64,000 bases of DNA from Lama guanicoe (taxonomy: Eukaryota). This document shows, in pieces, positions 13,698 to 26,424 of the stretch. A program made the translations under genes and the position numbers. The stretch spans positions 1 to 64,000 of the forward strand of contig MU053584.1 in assembly GCA_013239625.1 (NCBI GenBank), in the 5' to 3' direction. Every line of letters begins with the position of its first letter. The first letter of the stretch is position 1. The notes beneath the pieces were generated by a model, which searched no databases, had not been told where the DNA came from, and saw only the letters and a program-made list of their open reading frames with translations.

Positions 13698-15999
13698 AAA
13701 TAAGTGTTTTAATTTAACTACCAATTACAGTTTACATAGGTGTCCCTGTAACTCATGCTGTCTGCATAAGATATGCAAATAAACACATTATGGTGCTGCA
13801 TTATTGTATAGAAAAATAACTTTAATTGAGTCTTTCTGTTGACACAAACTAGACTGGTGATGCGCTTAGATGCGGTCCTAGAAATGGCACGTGCACCCAC
13901 CATGTGCACTGCAGTACGTCTTACACTGTATAATCATAAAAGTGAAATATAGTATTACCAAAACCATGAAGTTATATTTAATGGAAAAATATTGTATACT
14001 GCTTCAGTTGTTAAGTAAAATTTTGTGTCAATTAAAATGTTTAAATTCAGCTTCTCAATTGCATCAGCCACGTTAGCACAGCTCTTGAGCCCAGAGCAAC
14101 TTGCTTGAATGGTGACCATTAAGAGAGCGGGAGCAGCTAGACCCGGTTAAGCCAGGTTAGTTCAGAATGGAGCAAGCTGTAAATAAGTCTGTATTTCAAT
14201 GTATGAAAATGTTACTTTAACAAATGTTAAAGCCTGAGTCCATGTCACACCAAAAAGAACTACTTTAATAAAAAAAGAATTAGTTATTTCATATCATGTG
14301 AAACAATTCATTTCTTAAAACAAAGCAGCCATTTTTTGGCGGTGGTTAAGGGGTTTACTTTTCAGTTAGCTACTCTAGCAGCATGTCAATACATGAAAGG
14401 TGATCTGTGTTTGCTCTTAAACTTCCTTTCCCAGATGAACATTAGCATTTGGTGGTGTTTTTATTTTGAACGCTGAGCACAGTTTTAGCTGAAATACATG
14501 CATCTATTTATGCAAACATAAAATAAAAACATGAGCAGGAGTTAGAGTAACAGAGCAGTTTCATTCGTCAGTGATGCCTGGGGTTCCTGGAGGAACCAAG
14601 TGCCTTAAGCCCAGGTTTACAGAGCAGACCTTACCCCCTTCACGTTTATGCCGAGAGGAAGCAGGAAATTAAACCTTTTCAGTAATTTAATTCCTCTGTG
14701 TATTTGTCATAAAACTGATAAGGGATTATTCTCCTGCCATTGCTGGTATTTGACCATAGAGAAAGGGTCTAGGATATAAGAGGCAGCTTTTGCTACACGT
14801 GGAAATGTTAGGGTTCGAGCACAGGCACTGGGAGAGCACGTCAGGGGTTCTTGATTGTCAGTGTAGGTAGTTAATTAATGGGGGGAGGGAGTATTAAATA
14901 ATCACATATATATTTTAGTTAAAGTTTTTGAAAGCATTCACAGTTTGACTCCTGTGAATAAAAGATGGAAGCCATACTTTGGTGCGTAATTTTTTTAAAA
15001 TTCCTTTTTCTCATCCTCTTTTCAATTTTTTAATAGACTGGTTTTAGGTATGTAAGAAATGTTTTTTGGATTCTGCTAGAGATGACTTAACTTTTACTAA
15101 TTGCTATGCATTCAAAGTTTTGTTTGCTCAGAATGGCAGTGTTAGTGTCATTATTCTTTGGTAGTTATAGTAAGTAGTTTTGTTCAAAGCTGCAGTTCAA
15201 AAGAATGTATTTGTACTAGCTTGTAAGTTGTTTGTTAAGATTGGCCTTATTTCAGGAAAAAAAATGAATGCTAATGTACAAGTTGAAGTTATGTGTGATT
15301 CCTTATATTATTTGCTTATTGTCTTGCACAGATACACACACACACACAGTATCAGTCTTAAAGAATACCTTAAATGTCTTTCTTCAAAGCGGTTGTGAAT
15401 TTCATGAAAGATGTATCCACTCTTTTACACTTTTGTCTTCTAACACTTCAGAATGAAAAGATGCATTCTTCTCAGCCATCTGAATTTAATTTATTTAAAT
15501 TATGTATAAAACGTATAGCTTTTCATTTTTTATCCAGCTATCCCCACAGGTTAATTGTCTTTACCCTGCTTTTCACTTAAACCTCTCCCTCCCCGTAAAC
15601 TCCCCATTAATTTGAGTTGGGAAGGATCACGTGATGTTAAAGCTTCAGGCTTCATGCTCCAGGAATAGGATTGGAGGTTTGTGTTTCATTTTCCGTGTAT
15701 TACACACCACTAAAAAGAATATAACACATGTAGCAGCTTATTTCATTTTTGAAAGAGGAATTGGAGAGCCTTTGAATAAAAATGTGAAAAGAAGTTAGTG
15801 TTCATTGCCTACATGGCTTTTTGAAAAGGCTCTGAAAAAACATTCCATTGTGAGTTCCAAGTCCTCTTTCAACTCACCAGCGACAGTAACTGCCTGCAGA
15901 GCCATGTGATCGTCTTGACAGCAGCCAGGCCTTTCAGTGATTCCATTACTGTGGTTTCCATAAGCTCTGTACACGCATTGATTAATGTTTTCCTTGCAG

Positions 16000-16083
16000 T
16001 TATCGCTGTGATGATTTTGTGGTCAGTGACACCAAGCTGGGACTGGTACAGAAAGTCAGAGAACACTTACAGAACTTGGACAA
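16000..16083 (+). CDS. USP3: USP3-like exon 4, 84 nt
   Basis: tgcag|TTATCGC...GGACAA|gtaagt; (C)YRCDDFVVSDTKLGLVQKVREHLQNLD(N). Confidence 0.92.
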
Positions 16084-18848
16084 GTAAGTAACAGGCCTTG
16101 GGAGAGAAGGGGTGGAATGGGATTGAGGGGTCTTGTAGAATTTCTGAGCAGGATTTTTGTTTATGAGTTCTGTATTTCATCATGTTTTTAGTGTGATTGA
16201 AACGTGAATGACTCAAACCTCAGGTATGGGTGTCTGAAAATGCCCATGGTTCCTGATCATAGCTCAGCGTTCATGTCATTTAACGTTTATATCCATATCC
16301 GAGGGCTCCAGAGCCCATTTTCTCAGTTATCACCCCACCAACCTGTCAGCTCCCCAGTTTATTTGCAAGGGGAATTTTGGGACTGCACGGGACGGGCAGA
16401 AAACAAAATAATCATTATAGAGTTTCCTTTGTTATTAGAAAAACCTTGTGAAATGTACTATGAGGTCTTCGTAGAAGCTCTGAAATTTATCATTTTTAAG
16501 GGAAATTAGGATGAATTACATTGTTCTTCACTTTGCATCAGTGTTACAGCACAGGATCCTACTTTCTTTCCCTTTTTTGGTAGGGACAGTATGTATCACT
16601 TGAAAGTACAGGAAGCTGTGAAATGCTTTGTCATCATAAGGAAGTTAAAGTACCTATGTGCATAGTTTTGTTTGTTTGTTTGTTTGTTTTTGCTATGGCT
16701 AAATCGGTTAGTCACAGAAAACCCACTGGACCCAAAATTCAAGCAGTAACAAAAGCCCCAGTAGCCGTGGTCTTTGAAGCTGCAGTGGATAAAAGCATGG
16801 CCTAGAATGACCACTGAGTCAGGTGGAATTTGTGTAATTCACTCCTAATTGTCAGGTGCCATCTGATTTATTTGGACACTGTTGTGAGATCACACCAGAA
16901 GTGAGGTCCCTTAGCAAACTTAAATGCAAAGCCAATAGAGTATTTTGAAATTGCATACTGAGGGGGAATAACCCAAGTTCTTTGCGTGAAACACTGTCCA
17001 GCTTTGGTTAACCAAAGTCTCTTGCATGTCTCCACCAGATAGGTTATAAGCTGATAAAGAAAGAACAATTGATTCTTTAAAAGTCTCAACCCGTTAGAAC
17101 ACTTTGGGTTTAAGTACTTTTTGGCTTGTCATCTTGTGTCTCCTCTCTTTTTCAAAGAGCCTCCTCCCTTCTTTTAATTTGAACAAAGCAGCAGGAGCCC
17201 TGTCTGGAATGAGTCACAGGTACAGACGCATAGATGCAACATACTGAATTTCGTCTCAGATTGTCACAGTTACCTGCAAAGTAGGAGACTCCTGCAGTAA
17301 TTTATGTAACATCACTCTCCGATGTGGTGATGTCGTTGTAAAGATCTCACTAACCTGATTCTTTGTTAGAGAAGTGGGTAGCTACCAGGTTATTTTTTCC
17401 TGCCACTCAGAATTTTCTCTAAGAAAAGGCTGCCATCTCAATGCCAGATAACTTCCTTAGAACTAAGTCAAACAGAAAACAGGACATTCGGGAACCTGCT
17501 TGCATTTATGCAGTTATCAGATCTTTTATTGCCATCGACGACGTCACCGGGTAAAAGATGTCACCGATCGCCTCGTCTACACTTCTGCTTGGCCCCACTG
17601 GAAAAAAATCTACCTGCAGTCCTTTTCCTATGTCAAGGAACATTTCCTAGGTTTACTTTTATGTTTTTCAAATGCAAATTCAAATGGATCTGAAGGATTC
17701 TGCCCTTTTGAGAATCACTGATGGTAAAGTTTAATAACTTTTTGAAAAGCTAAATGCTTTATTTATATAAGTTGAAACTGAAAGTCAACTATCAGGCATT
17801 GTCACTAAGTAGTATATACACAGTGCTTGTGACTCAGCTTCTTTACTGGCAGGATTTGTGAGGAAGTAAGTTAGCATCACAGTCCATGGGGTTGATCTTG
17901 TCTTGTCTTGTAGTCACCAGGGCACTGAGGGACACACACACAGTTCTGAAGACTTGTTTCCTAAGAATATTTTTAGATTTGAAGCAACTGACTGTCACTA
18001 GTATCTGATGCTCCAAAGACATTGTAGTTCCTGTGGAAATTCTGGAAAGAAAAATAATTATGTATTTACTCTGAATTAGCCTGGCACTTTTGGAATACAG
18101 GAAGGAGTTGGTAGACTTAAAAGTGTGTGTTGTTTAATAGTAGTTTTTACTTCCTTTAGATCAGTTCTCCTAATACGTAATAATTTGAAAGTGATGCTTT
18201 GAAGATAGGAATCACTTTCTGGTAAATTTCAAACAAAATCTCTTTCATCAAGAAAAATTTAAATAATTTAAATTCAGGACTTATGTGCTAATTAGGATTT
18301 CTTTTAGAATATGCTTTGTACCATAGCTGAGTCAAATGAATTTATATATGCCTATGACTTATTTATCATTCTGCAGACTCAGTATATCATCATCTATTAC
18401 AACATATGAACAAAACATGATCCCTTTATTAAACTTAAGAAAGAAGTAGCATAGTGTCTGAGACTTGGTGTTAACTCTCAGAATAATCGTGTCAGACCAG
18501 GGCTGTCCTTTTGTTACAAGGAAGGCCTGTGCTCCTGTTGGAAGCTTCACCATCATTTAGATAGAGTGGTGGCGGCGAGGGACTGTCTCACTGGCCACGT
18601 GTACCTGGCCAGCTTTTCTGGGAAGCTCCTGCTGGAGGAGCAGCGGGGATTTCCAGGAAAGTGGAGCTCCTGCGTTACTTGAAATCCTTGTGGGCCGCAG
18701 TGGGCCCAACGCGTCCCTTCCTGGCCTGTCTGAGCAGCCAGGCTCCGCACCCTGGACGCTTCAAACAGCCACGCTTATTCTTTACCTTGTTGTGGAGTGT
18801 GTCTGTACTAATGTCTTTTTGACCATCTGTCTCTTTGTGTTTTAATAG

Positions 18849-18930
18849 CTCAGCTTTCGCAGCTGACAGGCATAGGAAAAGAAAACTTTTGGAAAACTCA
18901 TCACTAAACAGCAAGTTATTGAAAGTAAAT
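18849..18930 (+). CDS. USP3: USP3-like exon 5, 82 nt
   Basis: aatag|CTCAGCT...GTAAAT|gtaagt; SAFAADRHRKRKLLENSSLNSKLLKVN. Confidence 0.92.
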
Positions 18931-20130
18931 GTAAGTAATTAAAATTTATTCAGCTGTAAGAATTGGTTGAGATCTAGTCACTGTTTGATTACAGTTCTAA
19001 CATTAATGTTGCCCCTTGTAAACTTTTGTAACTGCATGCCTTGGACTTGGATTATTTTACGAAATGTTTGCCACTTGTACTAATGATCCTTCATGCTACT
19101 CAGTTCCCCAGGGGGTCCGTCTGTCAGTGCCTTCCCTCTGTCAGGACTGCTGCCCTGCTCCTCCGCCTTAGCAAGCGTTTGTTCTTCACGCTTACTCGGC
19201 TGCCTTGTTACTCCGTTTCTGTAGGACCCCAGAGTTCTTGCTTCCTTCTGTTTAAGGTCCCCAGTGCAAACTCCAGGGGTCTGAAGTTTGGGTATGTTTT
19301 CTTTCTTAGGACTGCATTAATACAGTTTCACCATAAAAGAATATGCTTTCTCATTCTGATATGCAGCTGTTACCAGATGTATGAGCCATGAATGGAGTAA
19401 CAAAATGTAAAGATCACTAAATATTTCTAAATACAACAGTAATTTCAACCTGCATCTACCCCCGTGCTGTCACGCTAGCTATGTTTATACACACACTTAG
19501 CTAAAGTGTTACAACTTCGTGGAAGAAAGCTGACATGACGCTTTGGCTTGGATTGGTAGATTGACTTCCCACGTGTAGTATTCAGACATCGTGGTGCATT
19601 TGTACAGCTAATCAGAAAACTAAACCTTAGTCTTTAAGGGAAGTCCAGGTGGTGTTTTAAGATTGGTATTCCATTGCTAGGAAAACATGTATTAATTATT
19701 TCCGTGGCTTAGAATTAAAAGTTGGGGGACAGAAATACTTGAGATGTACATATTTATACTTTTTCTGATTTGTAGTAGCTTTAATAGAATCTTATACAAG
19801 TATTAAGTCCTAAACGTATTTCTTTGAAGGACCTGCCTGGTTTCTGCAATGTGTACTCCACAGTAGTTAGTAATGCCGATCTCTCATAAGCTTCCATAAG
19901 ATACTCCCATTTAGAACAGTTCTAGGATCAGAAACAGCCTTCTAAAAATATCCAGACACTTATACAGAGAATAGAAAAGGAATTTGAAATACTCGCTGGG
20001 CAGAAAAGAATCAGTTCCAAGCTGGCTGGATGCTAGAGTTTCAAGTCCAGCCCTTCGCTCCGCTTTGATGTTCGGAACAGTTGGCCTTCTCTTGGCGTTC
20101 CTGATGGCTGCCTCTTGTTCCATTTTACAG

Positions 20131-20213
20131 GGAAGCACCACTGCCATCTGTGCCACAGGCCTGCGGAATTTGGGGAACACGTGTTTCATGAATGCCATCC
20201 TTCAGTCCCTCAG
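20131..20213 (+). CDS. USP3: USP3-like exon 6, Cys box with the catalytic Cys intact, 83 nt
   Basis: tacag|GGAAGC...CTCAG|gtaatg; GSTTAICATGLRNLGNTCFMNAILQSL(S), containing the USP-family GLxNLGNTCFMN motif. Confidence 0.95.
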
Positions 20214-20260
20214 GTAATGTTACAGCCAGAGCCTAAGTACCTGACATCAGTTTCGAGTGG

Positions 20261-20479
20261 AACGGTTAAGAGCAAAGGCAGTGGGTTCCGATCCTGTCTC
20301 TGCCACTAACTCTAGGAACTTGGGGCAGGTACCCCAGCTCCCTGTGCCTTGCTTTTCTCATCAGTGGAACGGGGGATAGTAGTGAACCTCACAGGGTGGT
20401 TGGGAAGCTATTACACAATTTGTACAAAGTGCTTAGAACAGTGCCTGGCAGCTAATAACTGTTAGCTGTTATTATTATT
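20261..20479 (+). mobile_element. MIR SINE
   Basis: ggttaagagc...tctgccactaac...ttggggcagg...tttctcatc...aaagtgcttagaacagtgcctggca MIR core. Confidence 0.8.
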
Positions 20480-20511
20480 TGGTTCCTGTTGCTTCTCGAA
20501 TAGGGTTGAGC

Positions 20512-20710
20512 ACAGGCCTGCAAACATCTGTAAAAGGCCAGGTTAAATACATCTTTTTAAGCTTTGCATGCCACATCCAGTCTCCTCCCTTCAGCAGCCC
20601 CTCCGTTTTACACAACTCTTCAGAAATATAGAAGCCACTTTAAAAATGTAAAAGCTCACTGGTGCAGGGCCAGATTTGTCCCGTGGGCCACAGCTTGCAG
20701 ACTCCTGGGC
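20512..20710. mobile_element. MER58-like hAT-Charlie element
   Basis: caggcctgcaaac...tctgtaaaaggccag and gggccagatttg...gggccacagcttgcagactcctg termini. Confidence 0.7.
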
Positions 20711-21433
20711 TATAAGGAACCTTGTTCAGAGAACTTGGTTCAATGATTCATTCTTAAGTATGGTCATAAGATCAGAGGTTTAGAAGATCTTGAAAATGTA
20801 AGATGAGCAGTAAAAGTAAAACTGACAACAAGGCTGACCTGTTACATAAAAGAAGTTATTTTGAAAGTTGTGTACTTTTAGATTTTTAATGTGGCATCAA
20901 AGACCAGAATAAATTATATTTTCCCAAGGCCACCTTGCTAATGAGGAGCAGAAGCCGAGTTCAATCTCTCCTTAAAGGTACTGACCTTTACTAGGTACTG
21001 ACTTGCCTAGTCTTGCTCAAGGAAGAAGTTCTAGTCACTGCTGAATTCTCCTGGTGACTCTGTGGGGCGTATTTAAACAGCGTGGTTTGTGTCATGATTT
21101 GTTTTTATTTGAGGAAATTATTGAACGCTTGGGAGCAAACACCCTTAAAAGAAACGACCGCAATCTATAGATTGTGGGTGCGGGGAGGAGAGGGGCTTGG
21201 GGATTTTTTGAACAGAGGTTTTGCTCTGAGGTCTTTATTTCTGCAAAGTCATCTGCTTCTATTGTTTCCTTGGAGTAAATGAGGAGACTTAGTGAAGAGA
21301 CTGCACTGAGGTACAGTTCTAATGAGAAATTGAAAGGTGACATTTTCAAAGTCCGTATGTAGGTCTCAGAGTACTTTCTTCACAGTCTTAGTACATTAAA
21401 AAAAATAATTTTCTTCCCTTCCTTTTAAAATAG

Positions 21434-21547
21434 TAACATTGAGCAGTTTTGCTGTTATTTCAAAGAACTGCCCGCCGTGGAGTTAAGGAATGGGAAGACA
21501 GCAGGAAGGCGGACGTACCACACCAGGAGCCAGGGGGACAACAACGT
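21434..21547 (+). CDS. USP3: USP3-like exon 7, 114 nt
   Basis: aatag|TAACATT...AACGT|gtgagt; NIEQFCCYFKELPAVELRNGKTAGRRTYHTRSQGDNN(V). Confidence 0.94.
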
Positions 21548-22999
21548 GTGAGTCTAAGAATGTGTCCTTTCTGGCTTTGAGCTGCTGAGCAAATGGCCCT
21601 TACTGGTGATTTCCATTGCATTATGCGAGTTAATAGGCACATGCATTTCAAAAACAGCCTCTTCTTCTAAAAATTGCATGTAAGTATCTAGCTGGCAGTC
21701 TTAATAATTATTGGGATTCTTTTGTGTCTATTTACCTAATAGGCAGGATAAATTTAGTACTCTGTCTACCTGCTGGGTCTGTGGATTTGGACATTCTCAA
21801 AGTGACGTGTGTATGAACTACAGTTCTGGGTGTAGACCAGCATGAGTGTCGTTAGGCTTTGTGAGCTGATTTGTCTGATAGGGTTAGGTAAACTGGTCTT
21901 GGATAATTAAATTAATTTGTAGTTATCAAATTACTTGCGGGGGCAGTACAGTCAATTTTTATGTAAAGTGGAAAGGAAAAAAAATGAAAAGTGATTATTG
22001 AGAACCAAACCAATATGCATTCAAATTCAGTGCAGCCATGTTCTCGTTTGGGTTTAAAGATGCATCATATTATGAAAGCCTTGATGGCTGAGGGGGAACA
22101 GGAGACCGTGCTAGAACAGTGTGCAGCACGGAGCGCGCAGCAGGCCAGGGTGGGCGGGAACCCCCACGCCGGGCACGGGAGCAGGGAGGGCGTGATCTCA
22201 CTGGAAGCGCTGTGTCAGGAGCTTACTTCAGTAGCAGCACGTGGATGAGCTGGAGCGTGCTGTGTTCCAGGAGACTTCACACTTTTGAGTAATTGGTTAG
22301 AGGAAACGGTGAAATGACAAGGAAGAACTACACGTGCACAGAAGTTCGGGAAGAATTAGGAGCACTCGATGCATTAGCGTCGTTTAGGGTGTAGTTACAC
22401 ATTGCAGAAGTTGCCTCTGGCCATCTTCGGCAGAAAAGGAATGTCCGGAAAGCGTGTTGGTGAGCTCACCGTTACTGGATGGGTAGAAAATCGGGTCTGG
22501 AGTCCAGGCCTGCATAAGGATGTCTCATCAGGACCCCTGCCCAGGGCCGCAGCGGAGGTCCCACTGCCCGCACGGCTGGAGTTGGGTGCCGGCTGGATGC
22601 TGTCACTGCTGTCCCTGCCCTCCCGATGGTGCTCTTGGCCACCAGGAAGGATTTGGCACTGTCTCGGCTTCTTTGCATCACTAACTCCTGCTTCACAGAG
22701 GCAGAACCCAGGCCACGTGCCCAAGTCCTGGCTGCCAGGGGTGCTGAGAAAGCAAGTATCTGGCCTTTGCAGCTTCCATAGTGGGAGGCAGGCTCGGACT
22801 CCCACAAGACCCTTCAGGTGGGGCTCCTCAAACACAGGAAGAGGGTTCAGGGGCTGGGAAGTAAGAGACACGAACCTGTTGGATGACGGGGGTTGAGAAA
22901 GAAGATGCCGAGATCCTCGGAGGCATCAGGCAGGTGTCCATGAGTATGGCAGCTGAAGTGACGGACATGGTCTGAAGTGGACGTTTATCAGTTGACCTC

Positions 23000-23270
23000 C
23001 GTGCACAGAAAACCAAGACTGACAGTGACTTGAACTTAGTCGTGGTTTATTTTCTCACGTCAAGTTGGAGGTTATCCATCTAGGTTTATTTCACACGACC
23101 ATCAGGCTCCTTCTGGCGCTCTGCTGCACTCTCCCTGGGGTGAGGCTCTCATCCAGAGTCCAGGGTGATGCTGGAGCAGCAGCATTTCGTCCTCATTCTA
23201 GCTAGAAGGAAGAAGGAAGGGCTTAACAAGAAGGGCTACTCTTTCTCTTTAAGGAAATTTCTCAGAAGTT
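23000..23270. mobile_element. MLT1-type MaLR LTR fragment within L2-like sequence
   Basis: acagaaaaccaa...cagtgacttgaac...gtttattttctcac MLT1-like opening. Confidence 0.55.
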
Positions 23271-23972
23271 GGACACGTTCAAAGGAGAAAATGGAAGTTG
23301 TATTCCTGTGAGAGAAGGGGCGATCGGATATAGAGGGACAGCAGGGAGGATGCAGACAGCAGGTTTAGTGCACACTGCTTCTCAAGAGACAAGAGGACAT
23401 GCAGTAGAGAATTCCTGTTGGAACTGGGAGACTCCTGAATCAAAGCGGTGACGAAAAAATCTGGCTTTCAGATTTGGCTTTGAGAGTCATTGGTATAAAC
23501 TTGAATGTTGATCCTTGAGTCCAGATGAACTCTCTGAGGCAGAGATGAGCAGATGGTCACACACTGAGGTCTGGGAAGAGTGCTCCTAGTGAGGGCTAAG
23601 AAGGAAAAATGGAGAAGACGACGACGAGAAGGAGAAGAAGAAAGATGCTGTTCCTTATTTTAAGTTTTTTAAAATGAACATTCTTAACTAATTGGTTTGT
23701 AACCTACCCATTGGTTTATTCTACAAGTATGACAGTACTTGGCAAACTCAGAGTTCACTATACGTTAAAAAACTAGTTTTGTCAGTAATTACTGCTGTTT
23801 ATGTGGGTTTTTGAGATGCTATTACTTAACTGTCAGACTTCGTTCAGAAGAGACCACAGCCTTTTTATGTCTTCATTTTTTATTACGAATTTCAGACAAC
23901 TGAACATTGTGTATTGAAATAGTAGCCTCTCACTAAATGTTAAGGGAACCATCATCCCTTCCTCTTTTCCAG

Positions 23973-24086
23973 GTCTTTGGTGGAAGAGTTTAGAAAGACA
24001 CTGTGTGCTTCATGGCAGGGTAGCCAGACTGCTTTTAGCCCAGAGTCCTTATTTTATGTTGTTTGGAGGATTATGCCGAATTTGAG
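23973..24086 (+). CDS. USP3: USP3-like exon 8, 114 nt
   Basis: tccag|GTCTTTG...TTGAG|gtaagt; SLVEEFRKTLCASWQGSQTAFSPESLFYVVWRIMPNL(R), versus recalled human ...CALWQ...WKIMPNFR. Confidence 0.93.
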
Positions 24087-26277
24087 GTAAGTATTATGTA
24101 ATGAGGGCTATTTGAAATATTAATATTAGTCCTTACTCTGTTCCTGAGACAATTTCCAACAAAGTGGTGGTATTCTAAACAATAAAGGCTAGTGTGTGTT
24201 GGCTTTTTAAAAGAAGAGCAGAAGTTCGATATATTCAACTAGATAAATGTGTTTATATAAATAATAGGTAGACCTTAGAAATGTCTTTAACTAGAGGGTA
24301 GGACATTTTGTTGTATAAAACCAAAGCCCTTCTAAATAATTTATGTGCCTTTGGAAAACAAACTGGACACATTTTCCTTGATTCTTTCAAAATCTTGTAA
24401 GCAATAATTATCATCATACACTATATTGTTATTTCAACTTAAAAGAAATTCCACATGTAGTCAGTATAAAACTGGTATTGTATTCACTGTTCTGGATTCT
24501 GAAGACCTTAGAAGACGAGTGAAGTCCACTGGGATTCACTTTCCAGGAGGTAGCACGATGACCAGGGTCACCTTCTAATGTGGCTGTAAAGTCACCGTGT
24601 TTTCTACGTTCTCTGTATAGTCTCGTGTGAGTGGGCAGCCAGCCGTGCTGTTAGAGGACGTGCCCTCTTGCCCTAGGCTGGTCATCCCTGTGGGGAATCA
24701 GGTGTCAGCAGATTTGAGGCCCTGCAGGTGTTTGACAGCAGCCTTTGCCACCTTCTGCTGATTTTATCCTTGTGAAGCAAGTCGTGGTTCTTCCTAGTCA
24801 TGGTTTTGGCACCTGAAGTACATCTCTCTCCTTCTTTTTAAACAGCATGCTGTAGTGAGACAGCAATGTGTCTGGCTATATTGCCTAACAGTGGTTTAGA
24901 TGTATTGATAGTTTGGAGAAATGTTTAAAGGGTAACAACTTTAAAGGACTGTGATTTGTTGCCTTACTGAAGAGTCTAGCCTTGAGGATCAGATGTAGTT
25001 GACTCTCATTACCCTGGTCTTTGTTGTGAAGGAAACTTCTTTTATGTTTGATGTCATTTAAATCCCCTCTCAGGTGAGACTAATTTTGCAAGAATCATAG
25101 AATTTCTTGACTCTAAATAGAAAGGTAGAAATGACTGTTAAGTTACCATTAATCAGGCTCAGATTTATTAGAAAATTTCTAACAATCACCTATTCAGACT
25201 GTTGATAGAGATTTAATATTTCTATTTTACTATTATATAAAAATAACTTCCGTTTAGTCAGAATCAAAGCACTTCCTAGTCTTAGAAATAGAGGCTTTTT
25301 GTTGTCTGGGGAAGGTCACAAATTGAAACAGATGCCTGTAACTTACCTTTATAAACCTTTATAAAACAGCTGAGTGTTCCATGATCTCCTGTAGGTGAAA
25401 AAATGTGTTTCTAATGGTAAAGGGAACATAAGAAAATAATGTATTTTGATACAAGAAAAGAGAATCAAGAGAATCATGGTGTGGTTGGATATACTTGTTA
25501 ATGTACAATGTACATTACTTGTACAAGCACATATACTTGGATAATGTATATTATTTATGCAAGTACAAGTCCATATACTTGTTAATGCACAGTGGCAGAT
25601 TGTTTTAAAAAGGGATGGATGTGTGTTTGATGAAAATGCAAATTGGTGTAACTACAAGGTCCTAATTTTCATGATCCATTTTAGAAAATGCTTAGACACT
25701 AGGTTATTTTGGTAAGAGAAAAAAACATTTTTATGTGTGATAGAATTTGAGATGTGACCGGAAATACTAATCTTACCTTTGAGTTACGAAAAAAAAGTTG
25801 TGTTGAAAAAGTTTAAAGCACCTCCTTGGATATCGAAAGGAACTATTAACTTTGAATACTTTTGACTGAATTTTAGCATTTTATTCATAATAATCTTATA
25901 AGAAATGCTTGAACATATGTTGATATTTAGTTGCTAAATAGTTTAGAAACATTTATGAAATGCTAAATGCTAAATTGACTTCTGATTTAAGTTCCATTGA
26001 TTAGGCAGATCATTTCCATAATTTATAATTTCCAGAAGAAACTTAAGGAAAGGGGGAAAATATGTATTGAGGGAAATTCTGGTTGTAGTTCGTATTTTCA
26101 GACTTGTTTTTAAGTTATAGAACTCTTTCTTGAAGAGAATTTAATGTATAACACGTGGAGGAAGGAGCAGGTAGCCTCCCTGAGCTCTGAGCAGCAGCCC
26201 TTCTGGGCGCGCTGCCCTCCCGCTCCAGCGGGGCCCACGGGGCCGCACGGGGACTGACAGTTTCTGTTTGCTCCAAG

Positions 26278-26424
26278 GGGCCATCAGCAGCAGGACGCCC
26301 ACGAGTTCATGCGCTACCTGCTCGACCACCTGCACTTGGAACTCCAGGGCGGTTTCAACGGGATTTCCCGCTCAGCAATGCTGCAGGAGAATTCTGCTGT
26401 GTCTGCAAGTAACAAACATTGCAT
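26278..26424 (+). CDS. USP3: USP3-like exon 9 (QQDAHEF box), 147 nt
   Basis: ccaag|GGGCCAT...TGCAT|gtaaga; GHQQQDAHEFMRYLLDHLHLELQGGFNGISRSAMLQENSAVSASNKHC(I). Confidence 0.93.

Noticed and set aside
22395..22896. Overlapping 158-aa and 164-aa ORFs on opposite strands
   Set aside because: GC-rich intronic sequence among L2/MLT remnants, with no recognisable domain or exon structure.
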